A DNA stretch of 64,000 nucleotides from NCBI GenBank assembly GCA_963662435.1, contig OY759598.1:4067923-4131922 (forward strand). Reading direction: 5' to 3'. This DNA is from Dehalococcoidia bacterium (GTDB lineage Bacteria > Chloroflexota > Dehalococcoidia > Lucifugimonadales > VXLM01). Below, in pieces: positions 26,181 to 37,180 of this stretch. The notes under the pieces were generated by a model, which ran no database searches, had not been told where the DNA came from, and saw nothing but the letters and a program-made list of their open reading frames with translations. The translations under genes were made by a program, and so were the position numbers. Each line of letters opens with the position of its first letter. Position 1 is the first letter of the stretch.

Positions 26181-27155
26181 TTAGGTCGTTTCGCCACTCT
26201 CCTGCATCCTTTCCAGCACAGCCTCCAAGTGGGGCTTGAACGTGCCCGGGAACCTGGTGACGTGCTCAATCATCCAGGTTCCAATTGCATCCAATTCCTC
26301 TTCCGTATTGTCGATAGACCCGGGCCGTGACATGACCACTCGACTCATCTTCGAGTCGTCCAGTCGTTCCCATTTCATCGAACCGAATTCTTCTTCGAGC
26401 TGTGTACTCGACTCCTCAAGTAGGTCGAAAGCGGTTTTGTTCCAGTCTTGGTCTGGACTCTTTATCACCAGTTCGACGCGGGCCTCCCCCTCCCGCGTAA
26501 AGCGCATGGTGCGTCCGAACTTGGCGGAGCCCAAACCGCCTCCAACTTCAAAGTGTGCGAACTTGTTCTGTGTCCCAATATTCCACCCGTGCGTCCGGCG
26601 CAGTTCCTCCAAGATGGGTCTCCAGAATCGAATGTATTTCTTCTGCGCTGGAGTCACCTCTGCCTCGCTCTCCTTGAGGTCTTTCGACCACGTGTTGGGG
26701 GCGGCCGCGAGCCGGAAGAGCGGGGCCGGAAGCGAATCGCCGATTCTCACCGCTTGGACTTCGACGCCGAAGAAATTCAACGAGTCTCTGGTCCCCTCGT
26801 TGAGCCAATCCAGCGCCGCCCTGTGTTCGTCGCGGAACTGGGTGGCTATCCATATAACAATCCCGGCGTTCAGGCCCGCCGAATACGTCAGTAGCTGGCC
26901 GAGATGGGTGTGGTCAGTGCCGGCGATCTGGTTCTCGATAGCTACCACTGCTTCACTCCTGGCATCTCTAGCAAGGATGTCGAGCGAGAAGTTCCCGACA
27001 GGGACCTCCGTCCCCTCCAGATCCAGTTCCATTCCGAGCTCTTCACCAAGCAATCCGAGGTTGTCTGCCAGCCAGGGGGTGAAACACTTGGCCTCGTGGG
27101 GCCATACGGAGTTGATGGCGACCTTCTCGAGTTTACCGATACTCTTGTGAGTCAT
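26181..27155 (-). CDS. DUF4268-domain protein with an N-terminal PD-(D/E)XK nuclease-like domain
   Basis: VWPHEA..FTPWL, DILA, IENQ..TDHTHLGQLLTY. Confidence 0.8.
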   Translation of the reverse strand: MTHKSIGKLEKVAINSVWPHEAKCFTPWLADNLGLLGEELGMELDLEGTEVPVGNFSLDILARDARSEAVVAIENQIAGTDHTHLGQLLTYSAGLNAGIVIWIATQFRDEHRAALDWLNEGTRDSLNFFGVEVQAVRIGDSLPAPLFRLAAAPNTWSKDLKESEAEVTPAQKKYIRFWRPILEELRRTHGWNIGTQNKFAHFEVGGGLGSAKFGRTMRFTREGEARVELVIKSPDQDWNKTAFDLLEESSTQLEEEFGSMKWERLDDSKMSRVVMSRPGSIDNTEEELDAIGTWMIEHVTRFPGTFKPHLEAVLERMQESGETT

Positions 27156-27446
27156 TGGAAAAATCCTCCCTCGGATTGCGCGAATGGTAGCAAATGGGCA
27201 GAAGTGAAGGAAGGTGGAGCGCCGAATGATTGCCCTCGTCAAACGGGTCACCGGTACTTGGTTTGGTATCCTACTGAATTTTTGTGGAAGACTTGTTGAT
27301 CCAAAGTGAACACTTTTGGCGGTGGGACGCTTAAGGCATTCCATTCGGGTTCGTGGTCCGGCAATACTGGTTGCACTGTCAGGCTTTTCCAGTGTTTCCC
27401 GCCCTAGAAACCTGGGGGTTCCGTCTCTGAACCCGGGATTTTTCGT

Positions 27447-27591
27447 GAAGGGTCGAGCTTTGCTCCTTGAACGATCTCCCAAGTCGGACGGCCCGAAGGG
27501 TTGAGCCTTGCTCCCCCGAGGCGGTCTTCATGGGACAAAACGCTTCCCGCAGCGTGAGGCGGTGGTAAAGGGTCGAGCCATGCTCCCCCGA
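27447..27591 (+). repeat. Three imperfect direct repeats AAGGGTYGAGCNNTGCTCC
   Basis: Copies near 27448, 27496 and 27568 in non-coding DNA. Confidence 0.7.
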
Positions 27592-27805
27592 ACGCCGCTT
27601 CGAAGGTCGGGGCTGGTTCTGGTCGGAGTGCGTTCCGAGCCTGTCCCACAAGTGGGAAGTGGTGGATAGCACCCCGTCAGGTCTTCCGACGCGACATCCA
27701 CGAAGAGATTGAGATGTCGCTTTGGCCAGGGTTCGCTTTACGACCCCAGCTGCGGGATGCTAGGAGAACGCTGGATTGAAGGGTGCGGGTTGTGTAGTAA
27801 CAGCA

Positions 27806-29371
27806 GTTGCTGTCAGAGAGTGGGGAGAGGCCCTAGACCGTGGATACTTGAATGGAGGGGCAGGCTCGGGGTCTCCACGCCTTCCAGATAGTGCGGAGGT
27901 TGAAGGCGATGGCAAGCACCGTCCATTCGGCTTTCACGTTGGTAAGGCCACGCAACAGGAACCTCCGAGCCCTCAGTTGCTCCTTAAAGATTCCGAAGAC
28001 CGGTTCGATCAGGTACTTCCTCAGTTTGTAGGCCGTCTTGGCTGCCTCGGTAGACATCCATTCTCTGTGAGCCCGCAGTACATGGTCGCGTGACCCGATT
28101 TCTAGCTTGCGTCCCCGTGGGTAATCCTTGGTGCAGACTCCAAAAGCGGGGCAATTGCGGCAATCGGAGGCAGAGGCTGCTCGGTATACCCGGACCGGCG
28201 TTCCTTTGTTTGTGGACGAGCTGGAGAAGCGCAATATCTTTCCGTGAGGACAGACGTACCTGTCGTTGCCCTCGTCATAGGTGAATCGGTCCTTGTGATA
28301 GGGGTTGTCCAATGGTCGGGCCATATCCGGCACTGCCACTTGCTGACCTTTGCGGTGACTCGCCTCCAGGTGCCCGCCTCCACAATAGCCGGCGTCAGCC
28401 AACGTCAACGGAGTCCTGGTTCCTGTAACACCCTCTGCCTGTTCCATCATCGGGGTCAACTGGAGGGCGTCATTGACTTGGTCCACAACATCCACGGCGG
28501 TCAGCAGCATGCCGGTCGTCTTTCCGCCTGCTGCCAACGGTGAAACCATAGCCTGGGCGTTGTAGCTGGGCATGAATCCCTGACGGGTCCTCATAAGTTT
28601 TGCATCCCAATCGGTCAGGTTGATGCGCTTGCGATTCTGTTCAGAAGCCAACTCGTCCATCGCATGTCGAATCTGCTCCCTCAGCGCTTGCTTGTTGGCT
28701 AACTCCTCCGGCAGATGTAAGGCAGGGGTATCCTCACCCGCTTCGTTCTGAGCTTCAAGGTCGGATATCGCCTTCTCCACCCTGTTCAATAACCGGCCCA
28801 ACTCCTCGGCACTGTAGGTCCTATCTCTTGCCGCATTGGCACCCACCTTAGTTCCGTCAACCGCCTGCACTGCCAGGTCCACCAACTTCATCGTCACCGC
28901 CGTGCGCACTGTGCGCTCGAACAGCTTCCTCATGGACTGCCTGTGTTCTTTGTAGAATCGCCACAAGGTGTTGTGGTCAGGATACTGCCAGCCGGTCAGC
29001 CACAGATACGGTATCTGGTCGCGGCAGGCCGCCTCCAGCTTCCTGCATGAGCGAACGCCGGTCATGAAGCCGTACAGCCACACGCTCAACAAAGCGCAGG
29101 GATGGTAGGCCGGCGCTCCCATTGGGTCGCCGTCTATCTCCACGCCGAGTTCAGCCCAGCCTTCCCTGTCCAGTGCGTCCACAAACTCGGCCACGAATCG
29201 GGCTGGATGGTCTAACGGCAACAGATCGTCAAGAGTAGGTGGCAACAGCCACATCTGTTCTCGGTCCATATCTCGAAGCGGCATCTCCAACTCTCCTTCG
29301 TTGATGTCGCCTCAAAGGTACACCTAACACAGTTCCATTCACCACTCCCCGACTTCTGAGACAGCCTCGTT
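27806..29371 (-). mobile_element. IS1182-family element (ends approximate)
   Basis: Imperfect inverted ends GCTGTCAGAGAGTGGGGAG / CTCCCCGACTTCTGAGACAGCCTC around the transposase. Confidence 0.7.
27833..29290 (-). CDS. IS1182-family transposase
   Basis: AYHP..LL, PDHNTL.RF, AVDGTK, YNAQ, LADAGY, IEPVFG..K. Confidence 0.92.
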   Translation of the reverse strand: MEMPLRDMDREQMWLLPPTLDDLLPLDHPARFVAEFVDALDREGWAELGVEIDGDPMGAPAYHPCALLSVWLYGFMTGVRSCRKLEAACRDQIPYLWLTGWQYPDHNTLWRFYKEHRQSMRKLFERTVRTAVTMKLVDLAVQAVDGTKVGANAARDRTYSAEELGRLLNRVEKAISDLEAQNEAGEDTPALHLPEELANKQALREQIRHAMDELASEQNRKRINLTDWDAKLMRTRQGFMPSYNAQAMVSPLAAGGKTTGMLLTAVDVVDQVNDALQLTPMMEQAEGVTGTRTPLTLADAGYCGGGHLEASHRKGQQVAVPDMARPLDNPYHKDRFTYDEGNDRYVCPHGKILRFSSSSTNKGTPVRVYRAASASDCRNCPAFGVCTKDYPRGRKLEIGSRDHVLRAHREWMSTEAAKTAYKLRKYLIEPVFGIFKEQLRARRFLLRGLTNVKAEWTVLAIAFNLRTIWKAWRPRACPSIQVSTV

Positions 29372-29888
29372 CCGCACTGCGTCCACCGATGAAAGTCCGG
29401 TCGTCGGAGCGCACGCCGCTTTGACGATTGGGCCATTTGGTCGGAGTGCGTCTGCCGCTCCGTCTGGTTCCTCATGCCTGCTGAACAGCTTCTGATGGCC
29501 TAGACGCAGGCTTCTTACACGCGCCGGTCCGTGATGATGACGTCGCAGTCTGGCCGCTCCCCCTTCGACGCAGCTCCTCAGATCGAACACCTCGACTCTG
29601 GTGGTCTGCGTCACCTTTCCCTTCAACTCTTTCGTCTTGCGGTCGGCACTGGGTCGGTTCGCATTTCCCCCGTCGCAGCCCCCTGGCGTATCCCCATGAC
29701 CCCAGGGCAAGCTGCGCCCTTTTCCCCTCGAGCCGTCCCGCGACTCCCCCGTTGCGGTCGACGCATTTTCCACGCGCCCGCGTTCGATGGCATCCGTCGA
29801 GCGGGGCTGCGCAATGGTAATGGCAGCACAACACAAGGTTCCCTGCGCTTCGGATGCCGCGCGGGGCAGGCAATGAAGGAGGTGAAGA

Positions 29889-30120
29889 TATGCACGTTTT
29901 GAGACGGGTTAGGCAGGTCATTGGAGCGGTCGTCGGGATCGTAGTGAGGCACCGAAAGTTGGCGGTCGCGGTCGTCGTGGCGCTGTTGCTAGTTGTGCCG
30001 CTGGCGCTCACCGGGGACGGAGAGGTCTTCGTGCTGAACGCGGTGGGACTCGGCGTCGCGTGGCTGCTGTTCAGGCGGCTCGCAAAGTTCGGAAGGAGGA
30101 GGACGAATGGAGATCGGTAG
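29889..30120 (+). CDS. Small membrane protein
   Basis: AAGGAGGT RBS, ATG near 29890, two hydrophobic segments. Confidence 0.5.
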
Positions 30121-30319
30121 ACGGGTCGAATGGAGGCCGCTCATCGCTCGACGCCTGGCGAGCGCGAGTTCGAGGGGCGTGAGGGCGGCGGTTCGACCCG
30201 TTCGCTGGCTGGGCGCGCACAGATCGGAGTTTATGGCGGTGGCAACGCTGACGCTCATGCTCGCGCCGCTGCTGCTGTGAATCAGGCACTTCAGAAATTC
30301 TCACAAAGGAGAGAGAACG

Positions 30320-30787
30320 ATGACGACGGCAACCATGACGACACACGGACGGACGATGGATACGGTGGCAGTGAGGGGCCGGCGGAGCCTCGAAGAGCTG
30401 GTCGAGGGGGTGTTCGAGGCCTTGTTCGCGGACGAGACGGAGACGGCGGAGACGGGCGCGGCGCGCTCGATCCACGAGGCGCGGAGACTCCGGCAGGCGG
30501 GGGACATCGACGGGGCCTTGGCGCTCCTCGCCGAGGTGGACACGGCGAGTGCGGAGACGAACCAGGCGCGGTGGGCCTTCACTGAGTGGAAACAGCTGGT
30601 GAAGCGGAGGTTCGGTGACCGTGAAGCGTTGGTCTACAGCCAAGGCACCGGGCGGGCGGCCGCTCTTGTGCCCCACCGCGATGGGATGCTGGAGGTCGCT
30701 GCAGTCCTGGGGATGCGCTGGCGGCCCGGCAAGGTCGTGTCGGGCCGCAGCCTGCGCGGGCTCCGGCCCCTCGCCGGAGGAGCGTGA
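30320..30787 (+). CDS. Hypothetical protein
   Basis: AAAGGAG RBS; coupled to the primase gene. Confidence 0.6.
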   Translation: MTTATMTTHGRTMDTVAVRGRRSLEELVEGVFEALFADETETAETGAARSIHEARRLRQAGDIDGALALLAEVDTASAETNQARWAFTEWKQLVKRRFGDREALVYSQGTGRAAALVPHRDGMLEVAAVLGMRWRPGKVVSGRSLRGLRPLAGGA

Positions 30788-31842
30788 TGGTCTCGGCCAA
30801 TGCGACGGTTGACATCCCCGCGCTGAAGGCGCGACACCCGCTCGCTGACGTGGTGGAGTCTGCGGGCGTGAAGTTGAAAGGAAGGGGCCGGGTCCGCCAG
30901 GGCGTCTGCCCCTTCCACGAAGAGTCGGAGGGTTCGTTCACCTCTTACGAAGACAGCCAGCGATGGTACTGCTTCGGCTGCGGCCTCGGAGGGGACGTGC
31001 TTGATTTCGTGCAGCGGATCGAGGGTCTCACATTGCAGGAAGCGATCCAGCGTCTTGACGTGGGCGGCCATAGGCCGGTTTCCGAGACGGCTCCTCGTCC
31101 GGTCCCCAGGCGGCGTCCAAAGGCAGCACCGCTGCCACCGCGCGACCCCACCCTGCTGACGGCGGCGGCGCGGTTCTACGCCGGACAGCTCCGGCGCAAC
31201 CCTGCCGGGCTTGAGTACCTTGCCTCGCGGGGCGTAGGACTTGAGGCGGCCGTGCGGCTCGGCCTCGGCTTCGCGCCGGGGCACGGGCTTGGGCAGGCCC
31301 TTGAGTCGGTCGGCTTCGATGCCGGTCGGTTCAGGGACTGCGGGCTATTCACCGAGCGGGGTTCGGAGCGGTTCGCCGGAATGGTGGTCGTTCCCGACCT
31401 CTCCGGCGGCCTCGTCCGCTGGCTCAAGGGCCGGGCTCTGGACTCGGGCGCGAGGCCTCGGTTCCAGGCCCTTCCCGGTCCCAAGCCGGTGCTCGGACTC
31501 GGCAGGCTCGGTCCTGCACCCTCCTGGGTCGTCGTGGCCGAGGGGGTATTCGACTGGCTCCTCCTTACAGGCTGGGGCCTTCCCGCAGTTGCTGCCCTGG
31601 GCACCCAGGGCGTCGAGCGCATCGCATCGGCCCTGCGGGGCTGCCCCCGCGTCTTCCTCGCCTTCGACAACGACGACGCGGGCCGGGAGGCGACGGATCG
31701 GCTTCTGACCCTGCTCGGACGCAGGGCCGCCGAAGTCATTCTTCCCCAGGGCATCGACGACGTGGCCGAGCTCGCCACGCTCCCCCAAGGTCGCGCTGCC
31801 TTCCTTCGCCTGCTCTCGCAGGCCGCCCGCTCAGCCCGATAG
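30784..31842 (+). CDS. DNA primase-like protein (CHC2 Zn finger + Toprim)
   Basis: CPFHEE...WYCFGCGLGGD, VAEGVFD, LAFDNDDAG. Confidence 0.92.
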   Translation: MMVSANATVDIPALKARHPLADVVESAGVKLKGRGRVRQGVCPFHEESEGSFTSYEDSQRWYCFGCGLGGDVLDFVQRIEGLTLQEAIQRLDVGGHRPVSETAPRPVPRRRPKAAPLPPRDPTLLTAAARFYAGQLRRNPAGLEYLASRGVGLEAAVRLGLGFAPGHGLGQALESVGFDAGRFRDCGLFTERGSERFAGMVVVPDLSGGLVRWLKGRALDSGARPRFQALPGPKPVLGLGRLGPAPSWVVVAEGVFDWLLLTGWGLPAVAALGTQGVERIASALRGCPRVFLAFDNDDAGREATDRLLTLLGRRAAEVILPQGIDDVAELATLPQGRAAFLRLLSQAARSAR

Positions 31843-32045
31843 CGGCTCCTCGCCGCTCTCATCCGGGCTTCGCGACCTACCACTTCCCCAACCCCACTTT
31901 CAACCTACAGGCCTTACCCCAGGCTTTGCCCTGCGGGACGGCCTGTGCCCAGCGTTCGTCGGGCTCTGCCCGCACACGGTTTCCTCCAGCGGAAACCGCA
32001 TCGCTCATTCGCTACAGGAACCACACCAAGGTAAGGAGATTCGAA

Positions 32046-32894
32046 ATGTCAAACGGCAACAACAACGGACACAACCGAAACGGGACTGGGAACGGTCTCG
32101 TACATAGCCTGCCCCGTGCTGGACACGGGGACAACGGTAACGGTCACAAGCCCGACGCCCCCATAGCCATCGAGCATGACCTCCTGTGGGACGGGCTCTC
32201 TCCCGCCGTCACAAAGGCGCTCGGACAGCCCCTCGATCCGGCGCTGGTTTCCCGGCGCAAGGGACGCGGCGGCAAGACTTTCTCCTACATCGAGGGCCAC
32301 ACCGCCATCGACGAGGCCAACAGGGTCTTCGGCTATGGAGGATGGGGATTCGAGCTGGTTGAGAACGTGACCATTCGGCAGATCGAGACAGTGGATGCCC
32401 AAACGGGCGAGGTGAAGGTCGTCAACATCTACACTGCCCCGGTCAGGGTCACCGTCCCGGGCGCTCCTCCCCGCACCGACATAGGCTTCCACACCGTAAC
32501 GGACGAGACCGCCGACGGTCACGAGACTGCGATCAAGGGATCGGTTACCGACGGAATGAAGCGGGCGCTCCGCAGCTTTGGCGACCGCTTCGGGAACGGT
32601 CTCTACGGAGATCAGGCCCCGGCAATCGCTTCGGCCAAGGCCGAGCGCGCGTCCGCTCGGGCCAACGGCAGATCCACCCAGTCTCAGGCCAACCGCCGCG
32701 ACAAGTCACAGGCCGAGAAGCTGCGCAAGCGACTCATCGAGATCGCCGTCGAGCAGGGCTTCGACGAGGACGGCGTTCGCACCGCCGTCGTGAACCGGAC
32801 GGGCAAGAGCATCGACGACCTGACGGTCGACGAGCTGGAGCCGCTGGTGGAGGCCGCCGCCGCCAAGCTCAACCAGATGAGGCAGGCTGCCTAG
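32046..32894 (+). CDS. Rad52/Rad22-family ssDNA annealing protein
   Basis: FSYIEGH..IDEANRVFGYGGW, KGSVTDGMKRALRSFG..FGNGLY. Confidence 0.92.
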   Translation: MSNGNNNGHNRNGTGNGLVHSLPRAGHGDNGNGHKPDAPIAIEHDLLWDGLSPAVTKALGQPLDPALVSRRKGRGGKTFSYIEGHTAIDEANRVFGYGGWGFELVENVTIRQIETVDAQTGEVKVVNIYTAPVRVTVPGAPPRTDIGFHTVTDETADGHETAIKGSVTDGMKRALRSFGDRFGNGLYGDQAPAIASAKAERASARANGRSTQSQANRRDKSQAEKLRKRLIEIAVEQGFDEDGVRTAVVNRTGKSIDDLTVDELEPLVEAAAAKLNQMRQAA

Positions 32895-32987
32895 TTCGCT
32901 TGGGCGACTGGCACACGCAACGGAGCGGGGTCATCTCTCACGGGGTGGCCCCACTCTCCATCTACAGGACAAGGAAGGAGAAGACCG

Positions 32988-33488
32988 ATGGTCACGACGA
33001 CGATGCACACACCCTGGGGTTGGACGAGGGACGCCGAGGAACTGGCCGAGGGCGTCCTGAGGGTCACGACGCCGAGCCACGGCGGGCTGAAGCTCAGCCG
33101 CGAGCGGTGGGACGAGCTTCCCGCCGCCGTCCAAGACGCTATGCACACTCCCAGCTACGCGGAAGAGGACTGCGAGGAGCCCATCGTCAGAACGCTCCTG
33201 GGCGTCGGCGACGACGGGGAACGGGAGATGGCGCTCACTGTGGCGGGGTACTTCGACAGGTACGCCCCCGTGCTTCCGTTCCTACGCCGTTACCCGCCCG
33301 GCCTCCACTACCACGCAGTCGCCTACCGGGGCGGACTGCCGACGAATTCGTTCGGGCGGTTCGACACCCGCGTGGAGGCCGAGTCGTTTACGGGCGATGC
33401 GGAAACGATGCGGGCCTACGGAAGGATGGAGGCAATCGAGTGCACTCGGACCGGCCCGCTCTGCCTGGGTAAGGAGGGACGGCCATGA
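32988..33488 (+). CDS. Hypothetical protein (TPWG / TPSHGG / EEDCE motifs, typical of mobile elements)
   Basis: AAGGAG RBS; motif pattern. Confidence 0.65.
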   Translation: MVTTTMHTPWGWTRDAEELAEGVLRVTTPSHGGLKLSRERWDELPAAVQDAMHTPSYAEEDCEEPIVRTLLGVGDDGEREMALTVAGYFDRYAPVLPFLRRYPPGLHYHAVAYRGGLPTNSFGRFDTRVEAESFTGDAETMRAYGRMEAIECTRTGPLCLGKEGRP

Positions 33489-33901
33489 CCGCGATGACAC
33501 GGGACAGGCCGCGCAGCCTTCCCAGCACGACGACCAAGCTTCAGACGGAGATGGGGAGCCTGTTCATCACCGTCTCGACGGATAAGGACGGCGAGCCGTT
33601 CGAGGTCTTCGGATGGCTCGGTAAAGGTGGAAGTTTCCAGCATGGAGTCACCGAGCTGGCCTGTCGCCTGATCTCCCTCCACCTTCGGAGAGGAACTCCG
33701 GTGGAGGAGGTGATCGAACAGTGCCAGGGGATAGCAGAAATGCAGCCGTTCTTCAACGTCCTCCCGGACGGGTCGAGCGTCCCCGTCCTGGGACTCGGCG
33801 ACGGGATAGCCCACATCCTCAAGAGCTTGCCCAGTACCCGATACGGGGCCCACAAGCGGGCCGGAGAGCAGGCGCATGATTTGGAGGCTAAGGCCGCGTG
33901 A
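33485..33901 (+). CDS. TSCPD-domain protein (NrdJ C-terminal-like)
   Basis: RPRSL...T.MGSLFITV...PFEVF..LGKGG...CRLISLHLR.G. Confidence 0.8.
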   Translation: MTAMTRDRPRSLPSTTTKLQTEMGSLFITVSTDKDGEPFEVFGWLGKGGSFQHGVTELACRLISLHLRRGTPVEEVIEQCQGIAEMQPFFNVLPDGSSVPVLGLGDGIAHILKSLPSTRYGAHKRAGEQAHDLEAKAA

Positions 33902-33949
33902 GTGGTGCAAGACGAATTCTCATCTACTGGACATCAGGAGGCACAGACG

Positions 33950-34496
33950 ATGGCAACGAAGACTGAAGACAGGGCGGAAGTTTTCTCGCGCCCTGCGGCA
34001 CGATTCGGCGACGACGGCAACCTGGAGGTGCGTGCCTCGGCGGCAATGGGCTGCCGCCGCGCCCTCTGGTATGCCGCAACCGGGTATCGCCCCACGAATC
34101 CCCCGAGCGAGGATTCGCTTACGGCGATGGAGGCGGGCAACGCCCTTGAGCCGGTGATGGTAAGGGCGATGGAACGGGCGGACTGGAAGGTAGATCCCGC
34201 CGACCCCCTCAACCCGCAGCCGGTGGCTGTGAGGGTAGGCCCGAACATGGTGGTCACCGGTCACCCCGACGGCACGGTGCGGATGCCCCACGACGGCGAC
34301 AATACGGAGACTGACACGCTCCAGATGTTCCTCTTCGAGGGCGAGTCCGACTCGCTTTCCTACGGCAAGGAAATGACCGTCGAGATCAAGACCCGGGGGC
34401 CGGAGGCGTTCAAGCGCTGGCGGACGCTCGGGGCCGAGCGCAGCCACCCGGCGTCGGTGGCCCAGGCAGCCTTCTACACGCTCGGCCAGTTCGGGC
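33950..34496 (+). CDS. Cas4-like PD-(D/E)XK nuclease, exon 1
   Basis: ASAAMGCRRALWY, GHPDG, EIKT, QAAFY; interrupted by a group II intron. Confidence 0.8.
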
Positions 34497-37180
34497 GTGC
34501 GCCGCGTAACGCGGCATAGGATTCCCGGCCGAGCCGGGAGAAACTCGGAGGAAGTTTCTGGGTCAACCGACCTACCTCAAAGCGAAAGCCTAGGGGGAAA
34601 GTAGCATGTCGGTAAAGCGGCTACGGTCTGAAAGCGTTGTAAGGCCGGTTCCGCAAGACCCGCGCGATACGGTGAAAGCTTGATTGCCTGAACCCCAATT
34701 CCCAGTCGGTGCATCTGCGCCACCCGCCGGTAGAACGCTTGTAACCCGGCGCCACTCATTGCAACGGTCGGTCTCCGAGACCGATGCACCTCCGATGAGT
34801 GGGCGATGACCTGTGAGGTCAATTCAAGGGAACGAACGGGGCACCTACAGTCGCGCTAGATACGTCTTATGTCGATGACAACGGGATACACCTGGTCACT
34901 GCATAGCGACTCAGTCGCCGGAGTTCTGACCTCGGTTGGACTCCCCACCATGCCGTAACGCGCCTCTCCTCCTAACGAAGTGGCGCGCTACTAAAAACAC
35001 GGCAACTAACACGGCGACTACCAGAATGACCGCGGCAAAAAGCATCGCCAGTGTTACATAGACAAGGGCGGCGGCAGAAGACTCATCCATGGAGACTCCT
35101 TCATGGGACCGTCTATAGAGACTAGCAGAGCCAGATTCCCAACGTCAACGGAACGCGGGATGGCCTACGGGGGGAGACCCCTATGGTCACGGAGCCCTCA
35201 TAGTAGTCCGAGCCGGGGAAAGCCCGGTACATGGCGAAGGAGGGCAGGTGGTTTCGACGGAATACAACAGGGAGGTATGCACAATGCAAGAAGCCGAAAC
35301 TGTATTGAACGTCATACGCGAACGCGGAGAACGAGGATTGCCGCTGGAGAACATCTATCGGCTGCTTTACAACCGGAACCTTTACCTGCGGGCCTACGGT
35401 CGCATCTACTCGAACCAGGGAGCTACGACCAAAGGCATCACCGCAGAGACCGTGGACGGTATGTCACTGGCGAAAATCGACCGCATCATCGACGAGCTTC
35501 GTCATGAGCGGTTCCGGTGGACACCGGTGCGACGGGTCAACATTCCCAAGCCTAACGGCAAGACCCGCGCCTTGGGCATACCAACGTGGACGGACAAGCT
35601 GCTACAAGAGGTCATTCGGATGATTCTGGAAGCCTACTACGAGCCGCAGTTTTCTGACCGCTCCCACGGCTTTCGACCCGACCGAGGCTGCCACACCGCT
35701 CTAAGCAACGTGGTTGACTACTGGACGGGAACCCGCTGGTTCGTCGAGGGAGACATCAAGGGGTGCTTCGACAACATCGACCATGAAGTTCTGTTGTCGG
35801 TACTCGGAGAAAAGCTTCACGACAACCGATTCCTACGCCTGCTCAAGTACCTACTGAAAGCAGGCTACCTTGAGGATTGGAAGTATGGTCGCACCCTGAG
35901 CGGAACACCGCAAGGCGGAGTGGTCAGCCCCATCCTCTCCAATGTCCACCTAGACCGGTTGGACAAGTACGTCGAGAACGTGCTCATACCAGCATGTACC
36001 CGAGGCACAACCCGGAGGCGCAATCCCACGTGGAACGCCTTGCGAAGCCGAATGGTCTACCACAGGAAGGTGGGGAACTACACGTTGGCGGCACAACTGC
36101 GCAGGAAACTGCGCACCCTGCCGTCTGGCGACCCATCCGACCCAGAATACCGTAGGCTCCGCTACGTCCGCTATGCGGACGATTTCGTGTTGGGCTTTAT
36201 CGGGCCAAAGGCCGAAGCCGAGCAGATAAAGGAGTCCTTGGAGATGTTCCTGCGCGATACGCTCAAGCTGGAGCTATCCAGGGAGAAAACTCTCATAACA
36301 CACGCCTCCAGCCAGGCGGCCACGTTCCTCGGCTATGAACTCGTACATCAGCGAGCCAACGACAAGCTCGACCCTTCAGGTCAACGCATCATCAACGGCA
36401 AGCTGGGACTACGGGTTCCCGCTAACGTCATCGAACAACACTGCCGAGCCTACATGGGCAACGGCAAGCCAACACACCGCCCCGACCTCATACACGATGA
36501 TGACTTCACCATCGTACGCACGTACCAAGATGCGTTCCGGGGCGTCGTCCAATACTACCTGCTAGCCCAAAACGTCTCCCACTTCGGGCGGCTGAGATGG
36601 GTCATGCAACAGTCACTTGCCAAGACCTTAGCGGCCAAGCACAAGACCACCCGTCGGAAAGCTGTACAGCGCTACAAGAGCACCGTGCAGACAGAACACG
36701 GGGAACGGGCTTGTCTCAAGGTCGTGAAGGAGCGAGGTAATGGAAAACGTCCGTTGGTGGCGCAGTTCGGTGGCATCCCATTGAAGCGGAAACGGCAGGC
36801 CAACCTCATAGACCAGACACCCCAGCGATACAGGGCCGACCGCGTGGAGCTGATACAGCGACTCCTTGCGGACGAGTGCGAGTTGTGCGGGTCCACGATG
36901 GAGGTTGAAGTCCATCACATCCGCGCCCTTCGTGACCTAAACGTGAAAGGCCGACGGGACAAGCCCAAGTGGGTTCAAATCATGGCGGCACGGAAACGCA
37001 AGACCCTTGTGGTCTGCCGGACGTGTCACATGGACATCCACCACGGGCGATTCAATCCGCAGAAGCAGACATAAACCACTGGAGAGCCGGATGCGGTGAA
37101 AGCCGCACGTCCGGTTCGGAGGGGGGCCGACGGAAAAGTGCTTCGGTAACGCGGAGTAACTCGCCGGCGGCCTACCCTAC
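34497..37180 (+). mobile_element. Group II intron (probably IIA/ML-like) with RT-maturase-HNH ORF
   Basis: 5' GTGCG at 34497; domain V GAGCCGGATGCGGTGAAAGCCGCACGTCCGGTTC at about 37083-37116; 3' CCTACCCTAC at 37180. Removal restores the host reading frame. Confidence 0.92.
35284..37074 (+). CDS. ltrA: Group II intron reverse transcriptase/maturase with endonuclease domain
   Basis: RALGIP, SHGFRP, GTPQGGVVSPILSN, YVRYADDF, CELC..EVHH..CRTCH. Confidence 0.95.
   Translation: MQEAETVLNVIRERGERGLPLENIYRLLYNRNLYLRAYGRIYSNQGATTKGITAETVDGMSLAKIDRIIDELRHERFRWTPVRRVNIPKPNGKTRALGIPTWTDKLLQEVIRMILEAYYEPQFSDRSHGFRPDRGCHTALSNVVDYWTGTRWFVEGDIKGCFDNIDHEVLLSVLGEKLHDNRFLRLLKYLLKAGYLEDWKYGRTLSGTPQGGVVSPILSNVHLDRLDKYVENVLIPACTRGTTRRRNPTWNALRSRMVYHRKVGNYTLAAQLRRKLRTLPSGDPSDPEYRRLRYVRYADDFVLGFIGPKAEAEQIKESLEMFLRDTLKLELSREKTLITHASSQAATFLGYELVHQRANDKLDPSGQRIINGKLGLRVPANVIEQHCRAYMGNGKPTHRPDLIHDDDFTIVRTYQDAFRGVVQYYLLAQNVSHFGRLRWVMQQSLAKTLAAKHKTTRRKAVQRYKSTVQTEHGERACLKVVKERGNGKRPLVAQFGGIPLKRKRQANLIDQTPQRYRADRVELIQRLLADECELCGSTMEVEVHHIRALRDLNVKGRRDKPKWVQIMAARKRKTLVVCRTCHMDIHHGRFNPQKQT

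Noticed and set aside
35284..37074. Reverse transcriptase as a retron, DGR or CRISPR-associated RT
   Set aside because: It has maturase and HNH domains, domain V/VI RNA and precise splice boundaries: an ordinary group II intron.
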